Virus record (IMG/VR): IMGVR_UViG_3300032265_003789
Location: 1 to 64,000 of that record
Direction: 5' to 3' (one strand)
Length of the DNA: 64,000 bases
Origin: a virus
This document shows, in pieces, positions 1 to 9,992 of the stretch; within the stretch, counting starts at the first letter, position 1; every line of letters begins with the position of its first letter. The notes under the pieces are model-generated. The model was given only the letters and a program-made list of their open reading frames with translations, made no database searches and was not told where the DNA came from. A program made the position numbers and the translations under genes.

Positions 1-3000
1 ATAGCGCAGATCGCTAATCCCCAAAAGTCAATAGGTTTGTTTGAACGCCTTGGCAATTATCTAGCAGACGGGCTAGGCACTGGCTTGGGCAAGGGACTAA
101 AAACCGTAGCCTCAATACAATTTGTATCAATATTGACTCAGCCGATTGTAATGGCAGGTGCGGCTATTGCGGGAGCTTTTGGCGCGATGGTTGGCGGCAG
201 CTTTGGCGCTGCGGTCAGTCTGGAAAAATTAAAAATCCAGCTTGAGGGAGTATACGGATCTAGCGCTAAAGCTTCCGAGCAATTTAAAGCTTTTGCTGCC
301 TCGGCTAAAAGCTACGGTGGAAACGCTCCCCAACTAGCGAGGTCTGCTGCTGAATTGAGATTGCAAACCGCTGGTACTTCTCTAGAGCCACAATCAGAAA
401 GAATTACCAGCGCTCTAGATAAAATTGGCGCAGCTAGAGGATTAGATAAAGAAAGCAGGCTGCAAGTTGCAGACCTTATTGAAAAGATTGCCGAAAACCC
501 CACACTAGAGAGTAGGGTAATTTCTAAAGCATTGCCTAAACTCTTACCAGGTGCTCTAGGTATAGCAGCTAAAGCGCAAGGCGTGAGTCAGGCTCAATTT
601 CTTGCTTTAGTCAAGTCGGGCAGTGTGAGCACTGAGCAATTCTTACCACAGTTTGCTAGGCAATCCGAATTAGAAGCCCAAGGCAATCTCGCAAATATTC
701 AATCTTCCCCACTAGCCCAGATTGATCAAGTTCAAAGCAAGTTCGCAGTATTTAGCCGTAACCTTGGCGCACCTGTATTAGCAGCAGTAGGAGCGCTGCT
801 GGCTCCAATTAACGCGCTATTGGATTTGAGCACGAAAACTAGCGGTGTATTCGAGACACTAGCTGGGATTATTGGAGGAAGACTAGTTCTATCTTTGCTG
901 CAATCCAATCCACTCATCATGTCGCTCCAAAGTGGATTTACTGGCTTGTTCGCTCAACTTACTAGCAATCCCATAGGCGCAGTCTCCACAGGATTTACTA
1001 ACCTAGCTGGCAGTTTAAAAACCGCAGGATTGGCTTTTGCTGAATTAGCAGTGCAAGCAGGTTTAGCTTTTGTGGCATTCAAAACTGTAGAAGCTGGCTA
1101 CCAAATCCTTTTTGCCCAAGATGATGAGATGAAAAAACGGGCAGAATATGCCCAAGGATTAACCCAAAAAGCCAGCGCCCAAGCCAACAAAACTGGAGAA
1201 GAATACAAACCCACTTTTACTGGAAACACTTATACAGACCTCCAGCAAAATCAAAAACAAATCACCAAAAATCTGTTAAGCAACTTCCTTAATCCCTTGA
1301 AAGCTGGAGAAAATATTTCTACGGTTTTCTCTTCTATTGGCAATTTAATCAATACTCCTAGCCAAGAGCGCGATGTTGCCAATGCCCAAAAATTCAATAC
1401 AGGGACGCAGGCTTTCCTCAATTCGCCAGAGTTTACTAAATATAGTAATGCCAGCTACATGGCGCAAAAATTCAAAGAGCTCCAAGATATCAGAGGAACA
1501 AGCGCCAATCTTCAAGCCCAAGCTGGATATGCCCAGCGCACCGGCAATTTTGATCAATATTCTAAGCTCAATAGCGCTCTAGGTACCAATCAAATCAAGG
1601 AGCAAGATTTCCTTAAAAAGAACTTTAACTTGGCTCAACTGACAACGCTCCAAAACAACCTTAAAAACCAAGCCACCGCCATAGACCAAAGCAAGCAAGA
1701 TGGCCCAATCAAAGCTGAAAATCTCAAGAAGGTAAATTCAGAATTGGCGCTGGTTGAAAAAACAATCAATAGTATCAACAAGCTTACTAACAACACCAAT
1801 ACTGAGTGGCTGGGACTAACCAATACAATCAATAAAGCTCAGCAATCTGTAGATAATATCAATTATTCCAACAGCAGGCAAACCCTTGCCAATCAAACTA
1901 ATGTTCTGCAAGGGCAAATCTCTGGACAATACAACTCTCAAGTAGCCGGACTCTATAGCGCTCAAGCTGAGCGCGGATTGCTGCAAAGTAAATCCGATGT
2001 GCTGCAGGCAAATCTTGAAAAATTAACCCAAGGATTGCAGGCAAGTTTGGCAGCCCGTGCTAGTGGCTCAAACCTTACTAATGCCCAAGAAATTGCTAGA
2101 CCTGAGCGCCTAGGCACAGATCTTCTATCTGGAATCCAATCGGGTAAATTATCCCCAGCTGCTATCAACAGTGAGCTAGAGAAAAACGGGCTTTCCTACA
2201 CTCCAGAGCAACAAAAATTACTCAAAACCGCAGCAGAGCTGGCACAATTCAAGGATCAATATCTAGAATCTCTCAAAGGAATCAAGGAGAAAGATTTACA
2301 GATTTTGCAGGTGCAGGCGGAAATCAACAAAGCAGCAATCCAAAGGCAAACAGCCTTGATTGAATCGCTTAACGCCATGGCGCAAGCTAGAGCTGATATT
2401 AACAAAACCTCTGCCCTATCTGGCTTGAATCAAGCGGTGGCTAATCGCTCTCTAGGTACAGTGCAATATGGAGTTCAATCAGCCCAGATCAATCAAGTAG
2501 CAGCCAATAGCAATCTCTCTAGTGCCACAACTTTTGTGCAATCTCTAGGGCAGGCTCTTGATAAATTTGACCCGGCTACTACCGAGAAATTTAAAGAGTT
2601 TATCGGTTTGCCAGCTTCTAGCAATCTCAAGAGCTCTCTAGCCAATACATCAAGGCAAGCTCTTGATCTCAGGTTGCAAAATCTGACCCCAGCTCAACAG
2701 CAGCAAATGGCAAACAATGGGCAGCTAAGCGGTTTAGCCTCTCGCGCGCAAGCATATACAGGTGCGAACGAATCCCAAAGACATGCTGGCTTACAATCTG
2801 CTGAAGCCAGTAAAGCGGTACTTGATTCACAGATGTCCGCGGCAGAAACCTTTATTTCAATTTCTAGGCAATTGCGCAATTTAGGCGAAAGCTTCCAAGG
2901 GTTCCAACGCGCTTTGACTAAAAATATACTAGATGCCCAAAACGCGCTTAAGGACGCGCAAAATGACTTGCAACTCAATCAGCTTAAAGGGCAATTGCAA

Positions 3001-5334
3001 AGCTTTATTATCCCTGGTAGCAACGGGCCATTTAGAGAATTATTCAAGATTATTACCGATTACGAAGCTGAGGTCAATTCAATCAGGTCTGGGCAAGGCA
3101 AGTTGCAATCCGACAAGCTCTCTATACAGGATCAGACAATTCAGCTAAGCCAGCAAATCAGAAACCTTGAAGAGCAAAGGCTAGATCTCTCTAGGCAATT
3201 AGTCAAAGACTTTGGCACTAATGCCGAAGCGATTATGTCTGCGTGGAAGAGCGCAACTACCAAGCTTACAGGTATCAATCAATACACAGATAAGATCCTT
3301 GAAACCTTTAAAGGAGTAGCAAACAAGCTCTCTGGTAAACCCACTACAGCTATTGATGCTAAAGCCAATACTGGCAACTTTACCGCAGTGGCTCCAACTA
3401 TGCCCAGCGCTCCAGTATTTGCCAAAGTGCCAGAGGAAAAGCAAGAAGGCACAATCGCGTACGCTCAATCTCCCTATGGTTACAACTTGCGAGATAACCG
3501 GGATATGATGGCGCCGGGCACTAGGGAATTTTTGTTTAATAAATACAGCAGCAATACCCCAGAATTAGCCAACAGCGACCAAAACCCAATAGAGCAAGGT
3601 GATTTTGAGCAAAGACCCAACTATCAATATGACGAGCAAACTCCCAATCTAGCGCCAGTTCAACCGGCAGCTCAAACCATAGCGGGTAATGCTCAAATAG
3701 TGCTAAATACCCCACAAGTGAACTTGCCAGCTAATAGCCAAATTAGCCAACTGCAAGGGCTCAAAATCCAAGCTAATGCTGTTCAGCAAAAAAACCAAGA
3801 ACAGCTAATGCAAAACGCTGGGGAAGGTTTGATCGATAAATTGCAAGGGTTTATCAACTCTCAAGGGAAAACCACAATACAGCAGCAAAGGCAGCTAGCC
3901 CCCGGTAGCAAGGAAGAAATAAATTATCAGCAAATGCTGGACAAATCAAGCGGGGTACTGACGTATCAAAATCAGATTACTGAAGCGGCCCGCTCTACTA
4001 GGCTGGAGTACGAACAGGCAGCCTACGCACTAGAAGATCAAAATAAGGAGCTCAAGCAACAAAGCGACGTGCTTTCTTCAAGGATTGAAGATCTAAACTC
4101 TAAATTATCAAAACGAGACCTATCAGATGAGCAGAGCCAAAAGCTAAAAGAAGCTCTGGCAATAGCTCAAAGCTCACAAGGACTGATGGTACAACAAATA
4201 GGGATCAACGATCAGCGTATTACTGGACTAAGAGGGGTTGAAGGTAACGCAACACAAACCGCCCAAGGTAGAAAGCAAGTTGAGGCTTATATTGAATCGA
4301 CTCAAGCTCTGGTAAATTTCCAAGTTCAATACGCTAAATTCAAATCTGATACAGGACAAGACCCTTTCGGCTCTATGGGAGAGCAGGCAGCTATACTCAC
4401 AGCCAAAATGGAGAATTTAAAACGCTCATTTGACTTAGAAGAATCTATAGCCAAGATGGGGGGAGAAGCTACTCTAGGAGTTGGCAAGATTGCCGAGCTC
4501 AGACAGCAGATGAATGAAATGAACGCTCAATCTTTAAAAGATGCCAAGATTGCTGGCAACAAGTACGCTAGCGGGTTCCAAACTGGATTGAAAGATATGT
4601 TTTCAGGATTGGCTCAAGACGTCGATGGCTATACTAAGCCACTAGAAATTGTGGCAAACGGTATTAGAAAAATGTTTTCGGGAGTGACGGATGAGATCAG
4701 TAATATGATGTCCAAATCCATTACAGAGTGGATATTTGGAGCTCAATCTGCTGTGGGGTCTTCAATACAAAATACAGCAGGGCTCAATACTTCTGGCATT
4801 TTTGCAGGTAACGGAGGATCAGGTATAGGCTCACTAATCGGCTCAGGTGCAAACCTGCTAAGCGGATTATTCGGAGGGATGGGCGGTGGTTTTAGCACTA
4901 GCGGGATCACCTCGTTGGGATTCTATCAAGGTGGACTAGTAGGCAACTATGCCAGCGGTGGCGCCATTGGCTCTCTAGGAGCTCAGGCTGCTCAAGCCCT
5001 CTTTGCCGAACAGAACGCGTCGGGCACCAAGCCAGTGTTGGCAGCGCTTACCCCTGGGGAATATGTGATTCCTAGAGACCAAGTAAATAGTATGCTCTCG
5101 GCAAATCCTAAACCCTACAGGCTCAATAACCTAGCGAACATGAGCGCCTATAGTGGGGTAGACACTGGCAACAGTGGATCTTCAGTGACCACAAATAACC
5201 GATCATACGCTGTGAGCAATAATTGGAATATCAATTACAACCCCAGCAATCCAAATAGCATGAGCGATTCGCAAGTACGAGCATACAACCAGATACAGAC
5301 CGAACGTACTGTGAAAAGATTTGGAGATGCGTAA
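1..5334 (+). CDS. Tail tape measure protein (5'-partial; frame open from position 1)
   Basis: Over 1765 aa, A/Q/L/S-rich helical composition. Tape-measure-like region near the N-end; C-terminal FYQGGLVG..YASGG..ALTPGEYVIP motif typical of TMPs. Confidence 0.9.
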   Translation: MAQIANPQKSIGLFERLGNYLADGLGTGLGKGLKTVASIQFVSILTQPIVMAGAAIAGAFGAMVGGSFGAAVSLEKLKIQLEGVYGSSAKASEQFKAFAASAKSYGGNAPQLARSAAELRLQTAGTSLEPQSERITSALDKIGAARGLDKESRLQVADLIEKIAENPTLESRVISKALPKLLPGALGIAAKAQGVSQAQFLALVKSGSVSTEQFLPQFARQSELEAQGNLANIQSSPLAQIDQVQSKFAVFSRNLGAPVLAAVGALLAPINALLDLSTKTSGVFETLAGIIGGRLVLSLLQSNPLIMSLQSGFTGLFAQLTSNPIGAVSTGFTNLAGSLKTAGLAFAELAVQAGLAFVAFKTVEAGYQILFAQDDEMKKRAEYAQGLTQKASAQANKTGEEYKPTFTGNTYTDLQQNQKQITKNLLSNFLNPLKAGENISTVFSSIGNLINTPSQERDVANAQKFNTGTQAFLNSPEFTKYSNASYMAQKFKELQDIRGTSANLQAQAGYAQRTGNFDQYSKLNSALGTNQIKEQDFLKKNFNLAQLTTLQNNLKNQATAIDQSKQDGPIKAENLKKVNSELALVEKTINSINKLTNNTNTEWLGLTNTINKAQQSVDNINYSNSRQTLANQTNVLQGQISGQYNSQVAGLYSAQAERGLLQSKSDVLQANLEKLTQGLQASLAARASGSNLTNAQEIARPERLGTDLLSGIQSGKLSPAAINSELEKNGLSYTPEQQKLLKTAAELAQFKDQYLESLKGIKEKDLQILQVQAEINKAAIQRQTALIESLNAMAQARADINKTSALSGLNQAVANRSLGTVQYGVQSAQINQVAANSNLSSATTFVQSLGQALDKFDPATTEKFKEFIGLPASSNLKSSLANTSRQALDLRLQNLTPAQQQQMANNGQLSGLASRAQAYTGANESQRHAGLQSAEASKAVLDSQMSAAETFISISRQLRNLGESFQGFQRALTKNILDAQNALKDAQNDLQLNQLKGQLQSFIIPGSNGPFRELFKIITDYEAEVNSIRSGQGKLQSDKLSIQDQTIQLSQQIRNLEEQRLDLSRQLVKDFGTNAEAIMSAWKSATTKLTGINQYTDKILETFKGVANKLSGKPTTAIDAKANTGNFTAVAPTMPSAPVFAKVPEEKQEGTIAYAQSPYGYNLRDNRDMMAPGTREFLFNKYSSNTPELANSDQNPIEQGDFEQRPNYQYDEQTPNLAPVQPAAQTIAGNAQIVLNTPQVNLPANSQISQLQGLKIQANAVQQKNQEQLMQNAGEGLIDKLQGFINSQGKTTIQQQRQLAPGSKEEINYQQMLDKSSGVLTYQNQITEAARSTRLEYEQAAYALEDQNKELKQQSDVLSSRIEDLNSKLSKRDLSDEQSQKLKEALAIAQSSQGLMVQQIGINDQRITGLRGVEGNATQTAQGRKQVEAYIESTQALVNFQVQYAKFKSDTGQDPFGSMGEQAAILTAKMENLKRSFDLEESIAKMGGEATLGVGKIAELRQQMNEMNAQSLKDAKIAGNKYASGFQTGLKDMFSGLAQDVDGYTKPLEIVANGIRKMFSGVTDEISNMMSKSITEWIFGAQSAVGSSIQNTAGLNTSGIFAGNGGSGIGSLIGSGANLLSGLFGGMGGGFSTSGITSLGFYQGGLVGNYASGGAIGSLGAQAAQALFAEQNASGTKPVLAALTPGEYVIPRDQVNSMLSANPKPYRLNNLANMSAYSGVDTGNSGSSVTTNNRSYAVSNNWNINYNPSNPNSMSDSQVRAYNQIQTERTVKRFGDA

Positions 5335-5339
5335 TACAA

Positions 5340-6116
5340 ATGGCAATGCAATCACCATATGTACCCTCGCGTCCCAATTATCAAAAAACACAAGCTTCCA
5401 AGCAAATGAGAAAAGAAGCTTTTCAAAAAATAGAGCACACAGAAATAAAAGCAAAGCTTAAAAAAACTAATCCGACTCCTTGTGAAATTCTTAATTATTG
5501 CTTAAAAGCAATCAATTTAAATTTTTCCAAATACCAGATTTATGAGATTCTAGACGGGATTCGGCAAGGACATAACCTTGAACCTTGGGATCTCGAGGAT
5601 GCTTTTGTGCAAATAACAAAATATACATATTGGGACGATTTTACCAATGCATTAAAAAATTTAAATGGAAATGTACCAGAAGAGAATGTACCAAACGTTG
5701 ACGCATCTGGTAGCGAAGGGGTACAAATTGAAACTATTGGATCTACCCCTGGCGTTCTCACACTCACTAGCGGTCGCGGTGTTGGTATTCCAATAGAAAT
5801 CAGACAAAACAAAATTATTAACTATCAACGACCAATGGAGATCAGGATTGCTGAAGAAGGTTTTGCCTCTATTGATGTTAATCTTACCGGTTCTTTTGAT
5901 TACCAAAAAACCTTGTCACAATGGGAGATTTCTAAACCTAGGGACATAGACATTGAAAGCAATGAAATTTCTAGTGCATTCCCAGATAAGTCTATTTGCA
6001 CTGTAATCAGAATTGCCGGTGATTTTATTTGGTTGGACTTTCCTGATTTTGAAGGAGATCCCACATTACATCACATAGCATATATTCCAGAAAAGAAACA
6101 ATTGTTAATATACTAA
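5340..6116 (+). CDS. Hypothetical protein containing a diverged copy of the major capsid C-terminal segment
   Basis: 258-aa ORF; 5715-5900 aligns to 20988-21200. Confidence 0.7.
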   Translation: MAMQSPYVPSRPNYQKTQASKQMRKEAFQKIEHTEIKAKLKKTNPTPCEILNYCLKAINLNFSKYQIYEILDGIRQGHNLEPWDLEDAFVQITKYTYWDDFTNALKNLNGNVPEENVPNVDASGSEGVQIETIGSTPGVLTLTSGRGVGIPIEIRQNKIINYQRPMEIRIAEEGFASIDVNLTGSFDYQKTLSQWEISKPRDIDIESNEISSAFPDKSICTVIRIAGDFIWLDFPDFEGDPTLHHIAYIPEKKQLLIY

Positions 6117-6142
6117 TACATTGTCTCTTTAGCACAAAAATT

Positions 6143-6616
6143 AATACACTAAGTATATTTGCCTACAAAACAAGATATATGGAAACCTGATAAATCCGGC
6201 TGCTGGCGACAGAATATCTTATATATCCTATTTCAATACGATTACCGGTACGACACTCGATACGATTATCAATACAATATCCATATGAAAACCTGATGAA
6301 TCCGACTGCTATCGACAGAATATCTTATATATTCCCTTGTCGGTACGATTACCGGTACGATAACCCGTACAAATACTCGTACAGTATATATACAAATTCC
6401 TGATATTTTCCGGCAAAATCGACAGAATATCTTATATATTTCCCGGGTATCCGTACGTTTATCAATACGATTACCGACACATATAAGTAAAATCTCAAAA
6501 TATCTAGAAATATATAAGAAAGTTTATAGAAAAATACCCAAAATTAGGTATAAATACCTATTGATCTTCTAGGAAATATATCCGATAATATATATATTAG
6601 CCCGATAAGGAGGTTC
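6143..6616 (+). repeat. 474-bp inverted repeat, copy A (partner 51860-52333; partial copy about 18299-18523)
   Basis: Direct reverse-complement match. Internal GACAGAATATCTTATATAT at 6208, 6314 and 6421, plus 12-bp TACGATTACCGG-like subunits. Confidence 0.95.
6545..6612 (+). promoter_or_regulatory. Sigma70-like promoter with upstream palindrome and RBS
   Basis: TAGGTATAAATACCTA (6545-6560), TTGATC-17-GATAAT, AAGGAGG. Repeated elsewhere in the window. Confidence 0.8.
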
Positions 6617-6621
6617 CGCTC

Positions 6622-6849
6622 ATGTCCTACTCAACTTTCGTTACTGCGTTCCGTTCCCACTACCTCGCTCTCGAGGTATCCCGCCCCGTTGCTTGCTTTT
6701 TTGTAGCCCAGGAGATCGCGGCTTTTGTTCAAGCCAACCGCATTTCCTACGCTCGTGCTCGCGCGTATTTCCAGCGCTTGGAGTTTGATGGACATATCCG
6801 TCTGATCGTCGTTCTCGGTGGCGTTGACACCATGTTCGAGTGGGTATAG
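6622..6849 (+). CDS. Small hypothetical protein in promoter/terminator cassette
   Basis: Strong RBS, own promoter and terminator. Confidence 0.8.
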   Translation: MSYSTFVTAFRSHYLALEVSRPVACFFVAQEIAAFVQANRISYARARAYFQRLEFDGHIRLIVVLGGVDTMFEWV

Positions 6850-6855
6850 TGCTCT

Positions 6856-6880
6856 CTCCCCCGAAAGGGGGTTTTTTTTT
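6856..6880 (+). terminator. Intrinsic terminator
   Basis: CCCCC-GAAA-GGGGG followed by poly-T; same element at about 18702 and 51691. Confidence 0.85.
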
Positions 6881-6889
6881 GTCCATTAA

Positions 6890-7552
6890 CTACCTCGTAT
6901 TGATAAACCAATACTGCATGTCACCCCCCCTTGGCTTCGTGCTGCGTACCTGCGTTTTTACTATAGGTGCGCCATGCCTAGCCAAAGTTTGTAAGGTATT
7001 TTGCACCAGTGAGTAGGAAACTTCCCTGCCATATCTCGCTTGGTATTTTTCCGCAATTACCTGTGAATGCCTCCCCTCTGGACTAAGCAGGCTATAGATT
7101 TCTAGCGCTTTCTGGGCAGAATATGCCAGCGCTTTTTTTATAGGTAGCAAATCTATCCCATCTCGCAGTAGCTCGGCTAATATCGCTATCCCTTCGCTCT
7201 GGGCAGATTCGCACAGGAGCGGATAGCTGCTGATTTTTCTTAGGTGCCAATAGCTTAGGTGTTTCGAGGGAAACCCGGATCGCTCTACCCTGCGCGATAT
7301 GGGAGCGCCTGCTCGAACCATGGCTATCAGAAGGCTAGATATCCTGTGAGCGTCTAGCGGCTCGCTATACCTACTTTGGTAAATTGTAAATAAGTCCGTG
7401 GTACTTTGCGGGTAGTCCGTAAGCAGATCATACAACCTCAAGCCATTGCGAGCAGGGGGAATCAATACCGCCTCGGGTAGCGCCATATTCTGTGAGATTA
7501 TCTGAGATACCGCACTAAATACCTCGGTGCGCGATTGTATTGATTTTGCCAT
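6890..7552 (-). CDS. Putative DNA-binding protein with two tandem wHTH-like repeats
   Basis: Internal duplication (LYDLLT..IYQSRY..LVRAGAPI-like / IYSLLS..KYQARY..LARHGAPI); paralog of 17386-17727. Confidence 0.5.
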   Translation of the reverse strand: MAKSIQSRTEVFSAVSQIISQNMALPEAVLIPPARNGLRLYDLLTDYPQSTTDLFTIYQSRYSEPLDAHRISSLLIAMVRAGAPISRRVERSGFPSKHLSYWHLRKISSYPLLCESAQSEGIAILAELLRDGIDLLPIKKALAYSAQKALEIYSLLSPEGRHSQVIAEKYQARYGREVSYSLVQNTLQTLARHGAPIVKTQVRSTKPRGGDMQYWFINTR

Positions 7553-7667
7553 TTGCCTGTTAGATTGAGTTTTCCAAAATTATACCCTAGGCTGAGAGCA
7601 CCTGCTATTTTGCCAATAAAAGCTATAGGGTACAATACTAGTAAACTTAACTATTGTTTTACTAAAT

Positions 7668-8090
7668 ATGTATTACATCGAAAAAATAACTTATTTTATT
7701 GAAGAAGCGGCAATTCCTACCTATATAGCAGCCGAGGAAAGAATCTGGGACACTTGGCTAATTCAACAACCAGGCGTAGTTCGCAAAGAGCTCTGGCTTG
7801 ACCCTGACCAGCCCAATATTCTAAAAGTCGTAGTCACTTGGTTTTCTATGGATTTTGCTAATGCATGTGATCAAAACGAGATAGCAAGATTAGAAGGGCA
7901 AATGGACGAAGCACTCGCTGGCTATACTTGCGTCAAAATGTCTACAGATTGTTATTTTAGTAAGACCTGTATCGAAAACAACATGATCGACAATGACGAA
8001 GATCAAGACGACGACGGGGCAACTGACAGCAAGGATTACGTGCCTAAAGACGATCAGCCGGCTATGGTAGGATTGCTAGATATGGTTTAG
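7668..8090 (+). CDS. TIGR03792-like cyanobacterial ABM-fold protein with acidic tail
   Basis: ERIWDTWL.QQPG...KELWLDP.QP....VVVTW motif. Confidence 0.65.
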   Translation: MYYIEKITYFIEEAAIPTYIAAEERIWDTWLIQQPGVVRKELWLDPDQPNILKVVVTWFSMDFANACDQNEIARLEGQMDEALAGYTCVKMSTDCYFSKTCIENNMIDNDEDQDDDGATDSKDYVPKDDQPAMVGLLDMV

Positions 8091-8232
8091 AAGCGGAGCT
8101 CCTAGGTTTTTCTAGGAGCTTTTTAGTAGCTTGACATTTTTAAAAAACTAGAGTAAGCTGATAGCAATAAAGGTTTTAGCCACTCGATACACAGGCTAGG
8201 ACAATTAATCGCTACAATAGGATATTCGCACC

Positions 8233-8538
8233 ATGGAACGCTTTATACTTCAAGTAATTTTGTTTTTAATGTTTTTGACTTTCTACAGCTACATGATCAG
8301 TGCCCCTAAAGCAACAGCTCAACCAGTTTGCACGGAGAGCGTCTATATTGCTCAAGCTAAGCCCAATACCGTCTTAATAAGGGAGCAGGTGCAAGCTAGC
8401 CAGCTTCCTACTAAAGTTTCCACTGCCTACCTAGCATCAAAACCACTTTGCACACCCAAACGGGGCAAAGGAAAGCAATCTATCTCGGGACTGATTCGAG
8501 AGGTCAACTCTGCCACTTTAGCTCCCATCTTTGAATAA
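8233..8538 (+). CDS. Hypothetical secreted/membrane protein
   Basis: N-terminal hydrophobic signal; TTGACA-17-TAAGCT promoter at 8131-8159. Confidence 0.6.
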   Translation: MERFILQVILFLMFLTFYSYMISAPKATAQPVCTESVYIAQAKPNTVLIREQVQASQLPTKVSTAYLASKPLCTPKRGKGKQSISGLIREVNSATLAPIFE

Positions 8539-8613
8539 AATGACAAAGCCACTGAGAGATATACCCGGTGGCTTAACCTAAAAAATCTGCAAGAACCTCT
8601 TTTCAGTATAACC

Positions 8614-8829
8614 CTATTGAGGCTTGCGTAATTCTTTTACTAAAGTGTGGAGAAAATCTACGCTCTCTGCAACCTTTGGATCGTTAATCAAACCAGCGTC
8701 GCTAACTGGCTTGAGAACGCTGATCACCTTGTCAATATGTCCTAAAGCCTCTTGAGTCCTGTGATCCTTGGTATCTACAGCGCTAGCGGTAATAGCCGCA
8801 CCTATTCCTAATAATTTCCAGAAATTCAT
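8614..8829 (-). CDS. Small hypothetical protein
   Basis: 71-aa ORF with hydrophobic N-terminus. Confidence 0.55.
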   Translation of the reverse strand: MNFWKLLGIGAAITASAVDTKDHRTQEALGHIDKVISVLKPVSDAGLINDPKVAESVDFLHTLVKELRKPQ

Positions 8830-8973
8830 ATTGTCGAAGGCTGGCAGCCAGCTAATCAGGTTATTCTTTTAGCGTACCATATAGGCTAATATCTTTTATT
8901 TTAAAAACCTATTGACTTTCTCTAGAATATTGGATAAGCTTAGGGAAGTTAAAAAATACAGGAGATACGACAA

Positions 8974-9486
8974 ATGACTGCTACTCAATTGAAAAACGTA
9001 ATCAAAAATCTAAAATATATACCCGTCGTTTATGGGAAGATAACTATTCAAGAGGCATCTGCGGATGTTTTAGAGCATAAATCAAAAATTAAAGAGTGGC
9101 ACGCAAGTTTCCCCACACCTCAATTAGACGATTTTGAAGAAGCAATAACTGTATTGCTTAAGTTAGATACTGAGGTAAACTCCTCAAGACTGTATCTCAA
9201 AATCACAGAGACAGCATACGGGGAAACTTATTGTTTGTTTGCTGACAATAATATTTTGTATTGGTCTCGGCAAATTGACAACGGGCAATTTGCTTACACT
9301 GAACAAGCTTTTGAGGCAGAGCGCAAGGCGAGAGGCTTAAGCTCCAAAAAGTGTAAATTTGTACAATTGTGGCCCGAACCGTGGGAACACGACAAAGTTG
9401 CTGAGTATACAACCAATCCTTTAGTAGAAGGGGAATGGGCGTTCAAGCCATTGCCTAATAATAAATCCAAATGGGTTCGAGTGTAA
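8974..9486 (+). CDS. Cassette ORF 1, hypothetical
   Basis: Promoter TTGACT-17-TAAGCT (8912-8940) and AGGAG RBS upstream. Confidence 0.8.
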   Translation: MTATQLKNVIKNLKYIPVVYGKITIQEASADVLEHKSKIKEWHASFPTPQLDDFEEAITVLLKLDTEVNSSRLYLKITETAYGETYCLFADNNILYWSRQIDNGQFAYTEQAFEAERKARGLSSKKCKFVQLWPEPWEHDKVAEYTTNPLVEGEWAFKPLPNNKSKWVRV

Positions 9487-9605
9487 CCCCCGAGGCTCGG
9501 TTGAGCCTCTTTTTTTTTGACCAAAACTTTTTTTAAAAACCTCTTGACTTTTCAGGCTATATACCCGATAATTAAGAAAGTTAAGAAATAAAGGAGATAC
9601 GACAA

Positions 9606-9992
9606 ATGACAACTTTCACTCACTACAGCCCTAACTACACTCAAAAAGACAAAGATTCCATCAAGTTGGCAGAAATCACTGATTGCACTGTCGAGCTAGT
9701 AGGCTCTCCCAAGCAAGTAGCTTGGGCTAAGCAAATCAAACAAAAATTATTTATCTCAATTGAGGTTTGTGCAAACACACAGACCCACACAGGCTCCACT
9801 TTTGGAGCGTTGCGCCTTGTCCAACGCGCTCTCTACTATGAAACTTCTGCTCAATTCTTTATTTTGCATCGCACCAAGCCCCTAAGCTGGTTTGAGTCGC
9901 ACTACGCCAAAAACCCTAAACAATATCCAGTTGAACGATTTGGGCCAATAGGCGCAGCCGAAGTGCGCAAATGGCTTAACGAAAATCCTTAA
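9606..9992 (+). CDS. Cassette ORF 2, hypothetical
   Basis: LVGSPKQVAWAKQIK motif, a type seen in phage/plasmid proteins; own promoter and RBS. Confidence 0.8.
   Translation: MTTFTHYSPNYTQKDKDSIKLAEITDCTVELVGSPKQVAWAKQIKQKLFISIEVCANTQTHTGSTFGALRLVQRALYYETSAQFFILHRTKPLSWFESHYAKNPKQYPVERFGPIGAAEVRKWLNENP

Noticed and set aside
312-3468. Short alternate-frame and antisense ORFs inside TMP and other long genes
   Set aside because: Shadow ORFs with no motifs or RBS.
5715-5900. DGR template/variable repeat pair with the capsid gene
   Set aside because: Mismatches are mainly C>T and G>A with indels, not adenine-specific, and no reverse transcriptase is in the window.
6180-6480. 107-bp repeats as a canonical CRISPR array
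   Set aside because: The intervening sequences are homologous to each other and built from 12-mers; repeats are degenerate and not CRISPR-like. Kept only as a speculative non-canonical RNA.
6856-6880. CCCCCGAAAGGGGG hairpins as solitary CRISPR repeats
   Set aside because: Each directly follows a stop codon and precedes poly-T, so they are better explained as intrinsic terminators.
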